This document shows positions 57,583-64,000 of a stretch of 64,000 bases of DNA, in pieces. Both the position numbers and the translations under genes were made by a program. The DNA is taken from NCBI GenBank assembly GCA_963716025.1, contig CAVQSY010000041.1, forward strand, positions 6,985 through 70,984. Reading direction: 5' to 3'. Origin of the DNA: an uncultured Chloroflexia bacterium. Lineage in GTDB: Bacteria; Chloroflexota; Limnocylindria; Limnocylindrales; CSP1-4. Positions within the stretch are counted from its first letter, which is position 1. Every line of letters starts with the position of its first letter. The notes beneath the pieces are model-generated. The model ran no database searches. It was not told the origin of the DNA and saw only the letters and a program-made list of their open reading frames with translations.

Positions 57583-58617
57583 TCAGGCGGCTTCGCGGCG
57601 GCTGCGCAGGACCCGACGGGTGAACGGGATCCGGAACTCGCGGAAGACCTCGACCGAGACGAGCGTCCCGGCGAACAGGAACACGACCCCGAGGAACTCG
57701 CCAAGGAAGAACGTCTCGGTGATGCCGAAGCGCGACAGGCCCGAGGTGATCGACGGGATGAAGCCGCCGATGGCGAGCAGGATCGTCGCCGGGACCCGCG
57801 AGTGCAGCCTGCCCGTCAGCAGTGCGCGGACCGTGCCGGGGATCGAGACCAGCAGGTTCACCGTGATCGCGAGCGGCGCGATGACGAGGTTCAGCAGGAG
57901 CCGGCCCAGGCCACGGTCACGGGCGAGGTCGTACCGGATCACCCGCTTCTTGGGCATGAACACGTAGGTGCTGTACAGGGCACCGAGCGCCAGGGCGAAG
58001 CCGCCGGTCACGTTGAACAGCGGTGTCAGCAGCCGGACCGAGCCGGGCATCGCGGTGCCGACCGGGATGCCGGCCGTGTCGAGGACGTAGCCCGGGGCCG
58101 GGATCGCGGCCAGCAGCACGATCGGGATGGCCACCACCGACCCGCCGATGACCAGCGCGCCCGCGATGATCGCCCAGCGACCCGATCCGCGGTAGGTCTC
58201 GATCGAGATCAGGACAGCTCCGACGGCGGCGATGGCGAACGCGACATAGGGGATGCCCCCGGTGTCCGGGTACTGCGCCTTGGCCTGCGACAGGACGGTG
58301 AACAGGCCGGCAAGCAGCACCGAGAACGCCGCCCCGTACCCGAATCGGGTCCTGCCAAGGAGGAACATCGTCCCGAGGCCGAGCCACGCGGCGACGTACA
58401 CGGCGCCGATCAGGTACCACGTCCGGTACAGGGCCTCGCTCCAGCCGAACGCGCCGCCGACGAACTCGGTCCCGGCGGACAGGCCATACCAGACCATCCC
58501 GATCGTCCAGATGAGCTGGTACGAGCGCCGCCGCTCGAGCCACTGGTCGAGCAGGACGAGCGCGAACACGAAGCTCAGGAGTGACGACAGCAGGGGGAGC
58601 AGGATGTTCGGCTGCAC
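57583..58617 (-). CDS. polytopic membrane protein, uncharacterised family (paralog B)
   Basis: 344 aa; aligns by eye along its full length with the 26325..27410 product (LLDQW.ERR..YQL.W..GM.WYGLSA...LYRTWYL.GAV..AAWLGLGT.FLLGRTRFGY ... GRLHSRVPATIL...FLGVVFLFAG.LVS.EVFRE.RIPF). Confidence 0.7.
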   Translation of the reverse strand: MQPNILLPLLSSLLSFVFALVLLDQWLERRRSYQLIWTIGMVWYGLSAGTEFVGGAFGWSEALYRTWYLIGAVYVAAWLGLGTMFLLGRTRFGYGAAFSVLLAGLFTVLSQAKAQYPDTGGIPYVAFAIAAVGAVLISIETYRGSGRWAIIAGALVIGGSVVAIPIVLLAAIPAPGYVLDTAGIPVGTAMPGSVRLLTPLFNVTGGFALALGALYSTYVFMPKKRVIRYDLARDRGLGRLLLNLVIAPLAITVNLLVSIPGTVRALLTGRLHSRVPATILLAIGGFIPSITSGLSRFGITETFFLGEFLGVVFLFAGTLVSVEVFREFRIPFTRRVLRSRREAA

Positions 58618-58743
58618 GGTGGGGCACCTCAGGTTCCGGGGGCCTCGCCCGGCCCCGTGACCCTATCGAATGGCAAGGCCGCCGCTCAATGTGCCCGAGG
58701 ATCACATTCGTCCCTGCCGGGTGGCCCCTTCTCCCCCGGTCGG

Positions 58744-58769
58744 CATGGATCGGACGGCACCGATCCATG
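58744..58769. promoter_or_regulatory. perfect 10-bp-arm inverted repeat (CATGGATCGG-n6-CCGATCCATG), candidate operator in a divergent intergenic region
   Basis: Lies between the minus-strand membrane-protein paralog B start (58617) and the + strand gene at 58854; both arms contain GATC. Confidence 0.3.
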
Positions 58770-58853
58770 CGCCGGGCGCCGTCCCGCCGCGGCTCCATCG
58801 CGTAAGGCTCGCGTAAGCCCGGAGTTGGAGACCGGTAAGGGCGCTCGTGCACC

Positions 58854-59561
58854 GTGGCCACCATGAACGACACCGAGAAGCGACGAGCCAAGCGCCGGCG
58901 CAAGGCCGGCAAGGACTACCGGACCTGGGACCTGGGCAACGGGGTGGTCCAGGCCACTCCGGAGGCGGTGCTCCGGGCGATGGGCGGCCTGCCGCCGGAC
59001 CTCGAGTGGGAGGTGATGGCGCCAAACGTGATCCCCATCCTCCCTCGGCGGCGCCCGATGCCGTCCCAGGCCGGCGAGCCGTTCCGGGTCACCCTGCCGC
59101 CCGGCGTTCCCACGGGGTTCGGGATCGACATCGGCCCCGCATTCCTCGTCATCGGGGAATCGCTGCTCGGATCGTGGCCGGTCGGACCGGCCGAGCTCGT
59201 GGCCATGGCCCTGGAGAACCTGCGGACGCGGATGGCCCCGGTCCGGGCGCGGGATCTCATCCACCAGCGCTTCGAGGGCGTGCCGGCGCGGGTCCTCCAG
59301 TCCGGAGTCGGGTGTGCCTCGGCGCTCGTTCTCGCGCCGGACGAGCTCCAGCGGATCTTCGGACATCAGCCCCAGCTCCTGGTGGCGCCGATGCGGGACA
59401 TCCTGATCTCGATGCCATTCGACGTGGACAGGGGGCTCGCCGCGTGGCTCAACGAGGAGTTCGCCACCCTGGACCCCAACGGGCTGGATCTCGACGCGTT
59501 CGCGCTCGAGAACGGAGACCTCCGCTACGAGGCGCTGCCCATGCGGGGACGCCTCGACTGA
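58854..59561 (+). CDS. hypothetical protein
   Basis: 235-aa ORF with a basic N-terminus (MATMNDTEKRRAKRRRKAGKDY...); no recognisable domain. Its 3' end overlaps the tail of the convergent LarA-like ORF. Confidence 0.4.
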   Translation: MATMNDTEKRRAKRRRKAGKDYRTWDLGNGVVQATPEAVLRAMGGLPPDLEWEVMAPNVIPILPRRRPMPSQAGEPFRVTLPPGVPTGFGIDIGPAFLVIGESLLGSWPVGPAELVAMALENLRTRMAPVRARDLIHQRFEGVPARVLQSGVGCASALVLAPDELQRIFGHQPQLLVAPMRDILISMPFDVDRGLAAWLNEEFATLDPNGLDLDAFALENGDLRYEALPMRGRLD

Positions 59562-60897
59562 GGGTCGTCATCGCCGCCCGCGATCCCCGGACGCCGACGG
59601 GTCGCCTCAGCCCGCCGCGAGCTCGTCGTCGACGAACATGCCGGTCGCCGTCGAACCCGATGGCTCGTGGCTCACCGATCAAGGCGCAGTGGCCGGTGGC
59701 GAGCACGTCGTGCAGGGCGGGCTCGCTGACCAGCAGCACGGACAGGTCCTTGGTGCTGCGGGCGCGAACGATCCGCGCTTGGCCGGGGGTGACCTGCACG
59801 CTCGACGCGAGGGCGATCCCCAGCGCATCCCGGTCCGAGTCGACGGTGAGCGGCAGCCTCGCGCCCGCAATGGCCTTGGCTGTGACGCTGTTGGTGTAGG
59901 TGATGCGCTCGTCGAGGGCCGCAACGGCCCGTCGCAGCGCCACGTCGGCGAAGCCGATCCCGTTCGCGTTGCCCTCGCTCGCCGGGGTCAGGCCGCGGAC
60001 GATGATGCGCCCGATCCGGGGGCCCGACTCGGTGGAGCCCGCCTTGGCCCGGCCGATGACGTTGGGGTCCATGCCGGTGCCGCTGATGTCCTTGCCGATG
60101 AGGTCCAGCACCAGCACGTCGATCCGGTCAATCGGAAGGCGTGCCATCCGGGCACGCGCCTCGGTGAGCAGCTCGGCCTCGCGGACCTCCATTCGCCCCG
60201 CGGGGATCGCCTCCACGCGGGCCAGGTGGCCGAAGCCGTCCTCGACCATCGCCACGCCGAACCCGACCGGCGCCGCGGCCATCGTGTGGCGGGCGACCGC
60301 CGGGACAAGCTCCGCGAAGGCGTCGTAGCCCAGGTGGTGGAACGTGTCCGCCCCCCGCTGCTTGCCGAGGCCGATCGCGATCATCTTCAGCAGCCCGCTC
60401 TCGATCGGCCCCGCGAACCCGGTATGGGGCTTGACCCGATTGACCGGCACGATCAGGTCGGCGCCCTCGAACGCGTGCCGGTCGAGGTACACGGGCACGC
60501 CCGGGATCACCTCGCCCAGGTCCACGGTGTCCATCGATGCCCGGATCTCGCAGCCCATCGTCTCCGGGGTGATGCCATAGCCCGCGAGGACTGCCAGCTG
60601 GCCCTCCGGCGTCGCGCCCCCGTGGCTGCCCATCGCGGGCACGATGAACACGGTCGCGCCGGCCTCGCGGATGCTCCTCACCACCTCACCCACGATCTGG
60701 TCGATCCGGTCGATCCCGCGGCTGCCTGCCGCGACGCACACGCGCATGCCGGGGCGAACGGTGGGCAGGACGGGCCGCAGCGCCTGGCGGGTGGCCGCAG
60801 CGGCGTCGGGCAGGGCGAGATCCTCCAGCTCCTGGCGCACGGGCGCCCAGCGCGGGAGCGACTCGGTGGGGAACTCGGGATAGGCGCTGCCGGTCAT
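59449..60897 (-). CDS. LarA-like (DUF2088, nickel-pincer-dependent racemase family) protein; C-terminal end uncertain
   Basis: Start at MTGSAYPEF... (ATG 60895-60897). ...VAAGSRGIDRIDQIVGEVVRSIREAGATVFIVPAMGSHGG... follows the lactate-racemase-family pattern. The last roughly 60 aa are Arg-rich and overlap the convergent gene, so the true stop may lie earlier or in another frame. Confidence 0.55.
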   Translation of the reverse strand: MTGSAYPEFPTESLPRWAPVRQELEDLALPDAAAATRQALRPVLPTVRPGMRVCVAAGSRGIDRIDQIVGEVVRSIREAGATVFIVPAMGSHGGATPEGQLAVLAGYGITPETMGCEIRASMDTVDLGEVIPGVPVYLDRHAFEGADLIVPVNRVKPHTGFAGPIESGLLKMIAIGLGKQRGADTFHHLGYDAFAELVPAVARHTMAAAPVGFGVAMVEDGFGHLARVEAIPAGRMEVREAELLTEARARMARLPIDRIDVLVLDLIGKDISGTGMDPNVIGRAKAGSTESGPRIGRIIVRGLTPASEGNANGIGFADVALRRAVAALDERITYTNSVTAKAIAGARLPLTVDSDRDALGIALASSVQVTPGQARIVRARSTKDLSVLLVSEPALHDVLATGHCALIGEPRAIGFDGDRHVRRRRARGGLRRPVGVRGSRAAMTTLSRGVPAWAAPRSGGLRSRARTRRDPARWGPGWRTPR

Positions 60898-61008
60898 GTG
60901 TCGATGATGCCGCTTCCGGCAAGGGTCCGCCCGGTGCTGCACGAACGTCGCCACGGGGAGGATGGCGATCGATACACTGGCCGCCCCACAGCCCATGGGA
61001 GCCCAAGG

Positions 61009-61779
61009 ATGACCAACCAGCCCGATCACGTGGCGGGTGGCCAGAGCGCCCCGCCTGTTCCTCCCGTTCCGATGCCGCCTCCGGTGGCGCCCGCCCCACC
61101 CCCGGCCGGGTCCGCATGGGGGCAGCCGTCGGCGATGACCCCCGCGGCCCGACCTCGCGGACCAAGGGGGACGAGCGGCAGGATCACGCTCGTCGTGCTC
61201 GGCGTGATCGTCGGTGTCGTGCTCGGCGCCAACATCGTGAACGCCGCGCTGCCGCTGCCGCAGGACCCCTCGATCGTGGACGCGGGACCCGGGATCCCGA
61301 GCGATCCCCAGCCGGTCGACGAGCCCCAGCCCAGCCCGGTCGAGCCCGGACCGGTGACGGCCGGCGACGCGGTGGAGGTTGGCGGCGGCTTCGTCATCTT
61401 CCCGCCCGATGGATGGACATCGGTGGGCAGCGAGGACGGCACCGTGCTCCAGAAGAACGGTGTGCTCATGATCGTCGCCGGCTTCCCGTGGGAGCAATCG
61501 GCCACGGATCTCGCGTCCGCCTACCGGGACGCCTGGTTCGAGGGGGGCCAGTTCACCGGTGACGACCCGGAGGCGGGAACGCTCGGCAACGGGGTTCCCG
61601 CAGCGGGCCTCAACTACACGGGCATCTGGAACGGGACCCAGGTCGACGGCGCGATCATCTCGGCGGCCGTCGCCGGGTCGGGGCTGATCATCAACATCGT
61701 GGGGCCCACCGGGGGCCTGAACGCGGTCAGCTCGGACCTCGACATCATTCTCGGCACCGTCCAGCACACGGGAGGCTGA
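61009..61779 (+). CDS. Pro-rich membrane-anchored protein
   Basis: MTNQPDHV...(Pro-rich)...RITLVVLGVIVGVVLGANIV (TM), followed by a globular C-terminal domain. Confidence 0.5.
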   Translation: MTNQPDHVAGGQSAPPVPPVPMPPPVAPAPPPAGSAWGQPSAMTPAARPRGPRGTSGRITLVVLGVIVGVVLGANIVNAALPLPQDPSIVDAGPGIPSDPQPVDEPQPSPVEPGPVTAGDAVEVGGGFVIFPPDGWTSVGSEDGTVLQKNGVLMIVAGFPWEQSATDLASAYRDAWFEGGQFTGDDPEAGTLGNGVPAAGLNYTGIWNGTQVDGAIISAAVAGSGLIINIVGPTGGLNAVSSDLDIILGTVQHTGG

Positions 61780-61780
61780 C

Positions 61781-63715
61781 ATGACCGTCCAACCCGCTCC
61801 CGTCGCCGCCGGTCCCGCCCCCAGGTGGGGCGAGCAGACTGGCTTCTTCCAGCGCCACCAGCCGGCGTTCTGGCTGTTTGTCGTCATCCTCGGGCTGACC
61901 AGCCTCGACTTCCTCTCCCAGCAGTTCCAGATGATCGCCGCCGAGCCCACGGCCTGGCTGGTCACGATCATCCTCCTGGTCCCGTACGCGATCCCCGTGA
62001 TCGCGATCATCTACTACCTCGACCTGTTCGAGCGCGAGCCGATCTCGATCCTGATCGCTGCGCTCCTCTGGGGCGGCATCGTCGCCACCACCCTGTCGAT
62101 GTACACGAACACGCCGCTCATGGAGGTGATCTTCAAGATCACCGGGGACCCCAACTTCACGAATGAATGGGCCGCAGCCCTCACCGCACCGTTCGTCGAA
62201 GAGCTGTTCAAGGGCCTCGCGGTCGTGCTCCTGGTCGCCATCGCCCGCAACGAGCTCGACGACGTCCTCGATGGCTTCGTGTGGGGCGCGATGGTCGGGA
62301 TCGGCTTCCTGCTGGTCGAAGACGTCATCTATTTCGTGCGAGCCGCCTCCGACTCGGGCTCGATTGCTGCCGTGTTCCAGATGTTCATGATCCGGATCCT
62401 CGGGGCCGGCCCCTACAGCCACTTCCTGTACACCGGGCTCGTCGGGATGGGGATCGCCTACTTCACCGTGCGCCGCGACAAGCCGGAGGGAACCCGTCTG
62501 CTGACGGCCGTCGGGCTGGTCGCGGCGGGCGTCGGCGCCCACTTCTTCTGGAACTCGCCGCTCCTGTCGGAGCTGCTCGGCGACGGCGACAGCCTCGTCG
62601 GCTGGCTCATCTACGTCACGGCGAAGGGCCTGCCGATGCTGATCGGGCTGATCCTGGTCGTCCGGCTGGCGCGCCAGCGCGAGCGTCGCTGGTTTGCCAC
62701 CTTCACCTCGACCTTTTCTGACGACGGGTCGATCACGGCCCGCGAGGTTGCCGAGCTGAGCGGGCTCCGGTCCCGGCGGCGCGCCCGCAATGCCGCCGGT
62801 CGTGAGCGAGGTTCGGCTGGGAAGCAGCTCATGGGCCGGCTCCAGCGCGAGCAGATGGGCCTCGCGATGACCTTCAGCAAGCACGGCTCCGAGAGCCATC
62901 CCGAGGTTGCGCAGCGCATGGCCGAGATCGCAGCGCTGCGAGTGGAGTACGCCGCCCTCGGTTCGACCGCGCCGGCCGCCGCCGGCGGGTGGGTGGCTGC
63001 ACTTCCGGTCGCGGCGCCCGTGACGGGGCAACCCGCCGCGTGGGCCCAGCCGGCCCCGGTCGCCCAGCCGGCCCCGGTCGCCCAGCCGGCCCCGGTCGCC
63101 CAGCCGGCCCCGGTCGCCCAGCCGGCCCCGGTCGCCCAGCCGGCCCCGGTCGCCCAGCCGGCCCCGGTCGCCCAGCCGGCCCCGGTCGCCCAGCCGGCCC
63201 CGGTCGCCCAGCCGGCCCCGGTCGCCCAGCCGGCCCCGGTCGCCCAGCCGGCCCCGGTCGCCCAGCCGGCCCCGGTCGCCCAGCCGGCCCCGGTCGCCCA
63301 GCCGGCCCCGGTCGCCCAGCCGGCCCCGGTCGCCCAGCCGGCCCCGGTCGCCCAGCCGGCCCCGGTCGCCCAGCCGGCCCCGGTCGCCCAGCCGGCCCCG
63401 GTCGCCCAGCCGGCCCCGGTCGCCCAGCCGGCCCCGGTCGCCCAGCCGGCCCCGGTCGCCCAGCCGGCCCCGGTCGCCCAGCCGGCCCCTCCGCCCGTCT
63501 CGCACACCGCGCCAGCCTGGAGCCCCACCCATTCGGTGCCGGACGACGGCCTGGCTGCGTGGAGCGCCCCGAACCCGGCCTTGGCGCCGGTCGTGACGCT
63601 CGATCCCCACCTCGACCTGGTGGTGGTGGAGCGGGCCGGGGATTGGGCGAGGGTGGTCGCCGTCAACGGGTGGGCCGGCTGGGTGGACGCGCGGAGGCTC
63701 GTCCCCCGGGGCTGA
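61781..63715 (+). CDS. PrsW-family intramembrane metalloprotease with (PAPVAQ)24 linker and SH3-like C-terminal domain
   Basis: Multi-TM core with the EELFKG, SHFLYTG and HFFWN motifs of PrsW/CPBP-like proteases. The C-terminus has a 144-aa perfect hexapeptide repeat, then ...[32 protein letters not shown] (SH3b-like). Confidence 0.7.
   Translation: MTVQPAPVAAGPAPRWGEQTGFFQRHQPAFWLFVVILGLTSLDFLSQQFQMIAAEPTAWLVTIILLVPYAIPVIAIIYYLDLFEREPISILIAALLWGGIVATTLSMYTNTPLMEVIFKITGDPNFTNEWAAALTAPFVEELFKGLAVVLLVAIARNELDDVLDGFVWGAMVGIGFLLVEDVIYFVRAASDSGSIAAVFQMFMIRILGAGPYSHFLYTGLVGMGIAYFTVRRDKPEGTRLLTAVGLVAAGVGAHFFWNSPLLSELLGDGDSLVGWLIYVTAKGLPMLIGLILVVRLARQRERRWFATFTSTFSDDGSITAREVAELSGLRSRRRARNAAGRERGSAGKQLMGRLQREQMGLAMTFSKHGSESHPEVAQRMAEIAALRVEYAALGSTAPAAAGGWVAALPVAAPVTGQPAAWAQPAPVAQPAPVAQPAPVAQPAPVAQPAPVAQPAPVAQPAPVAQPAPVAQPAPVAQPAPVAQPAPVAQPAPVAQPAPVAQPAPVAQPAPVAQPAPVAQPAPVAQPAPVAQPAPVAQPAPVAQPAPVAQPAPVAQPAPVAQPAPVAQPAPPPVSHTAPAWSPTHSVPDDGLAAWSAPNPALAPVVTLDPHLDLVVVERAGDWARVVAVNGWAGWVDARRLVPRG
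63046..63477 (+). repeat. 24 perfect tandem copies of an 18-bp unit (CCGGCCCCGGTCGCCCAG)
   Basis: Read directly from the sequence; it encodes (PAPVAQ)24 in the protease frame and (PAGPGR)24 in the antisense frame, with no variant units. Confidence 0.9.
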
Positions 63716-63904
63716 ATCCACGGACCCGGTCCGCGAGGGCCGGCTCGTGAGGCGGGTCGCGACCCGGGTCGCGTCGCACCTCGCACGAAGCCGGCGGCGC
63801 GGCGCACGAAGCCGGTTCGGCGCCCAGGGAGTCCGTGCATTCCAGCACCGACTCGGACCTGTCCGCGCTCGCGCGGCGTGCGATGGTCGCGAAACGGCAC
63901 AGGA

Positions 63905-64000
63905 GTGCCAGCGGCCGTCAGCGCGTTCGACCTGACCAAGATCGGGATCGGCCCGTCGAGCTCGCACACCGTCGGGCCGATGCGGGCCGCGCGGCGGTTT
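63905..64000 (+). CDS. sdaA: L-serine dehydratase, N-terminal fragment (continues beyond window)
   Basis: [32 protein letters not shown] matches the iron-sulfur L-serine ammonia-lyase N-terminus (...[21 protein letters not shown]...). GTG start is uncertain. Confidence 0.5.
   Translation, partial: MPAAVSAFDLTKIGIGPSSSHTVGPMRAARRF

Noticed and set aside
59638-61008. 5' part of the 713-aa + ORF 59638..61779
   Set aside because: Antisense to the LarA-like gene; only the 3' portion from the ATG at 61009 (membrane Pro-rich protein) has gene-like features (RBS, TM segment).
63046-63477. Possible CRISPR array
   Set aside because: The units are contiguous 18-bp repeats with no spacers and lie inside a coding frame; this is a coding microsatellite-like tandem repeat, not CRISPR.

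Overview
High-GC (about 70%+) chromosomal segment, most likely from an actinobacterium. Evidence for the taxon: an MprA/MprB/PepD-like two-component system with HtrA protease module, a PASTA Ser/Thr kinase, GTG/TTG starts and abundant 4-nt start/stop overlaps. Content is mostly housekeeping and catabolic. (1) A histidine-utilisation cluster: hutH, hutU, a glutamate formimidoyltransferase of the THF-dependent branch, and hutI; three unrelated small genes interrupt it. (2) A long minus-strand block: DUF3105 protein, FAH-family hydrolase, tdh, kbl, a PHP-family phosphatase and an MBL hydrolase, followed by argS. (3) A divergent GH13 pair: an intact alpha-amylase-family gene and an N-terminal lipoprotein GH13 remnant. 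(4) tRNA-Glu(UUC), followed by GNAT, a small Cys-rich protein, an AT-richer regulatory island, an excisionase/MerR-type HTH regulator, a polytopic membrane protein and an alpha/beta hydrolase. (5) galU and a three-PASTA Ser/Thr kinase. (6) A folC-folP-folB operon preceded by a translationally coupled Pro-rich protein with a Cys-containing C-terminal domain. (7) A pepD(htrA)/mprB-like HK/mprA-like RR module in which the kinase reading frame is broken. (8) rplY, usp and malic enzyme. (9) DUF4173/DUF4349 envelope proteins. (10) NHEJ-type genes: a LigC-like ATP-dependent ligase and a LigD polymerase domain. An M48 peptidase and a DUF433/DUF5615 toxin-antitoxin-like pair lie between them, and no ku is present in the window. 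(11) A YciI-like protein plus an ECF sigma factor with no canonical start codon. (12) A second copy of the membrane-protein plus alpha/beta-hydrolase module, on the opposite strand about 31 kb away. (13) A LarA-like protein and a PrsW-family intramembrane protease whose C-terminal linker is encoded by 24 perfect tandem copies of an 18-bp unit. Many long ORFs in the six-frame track are off-frame artefacts of the high GC content and were rejected. The most unusual items are the duplicated membrane-protein/hydrolase module with its associated regulatory DNA, the perfect 432-bp tandem repeat, the broken sensor kinase and GH13 remnant, and the odd gene coupling around the ECF sigma factor and folC.
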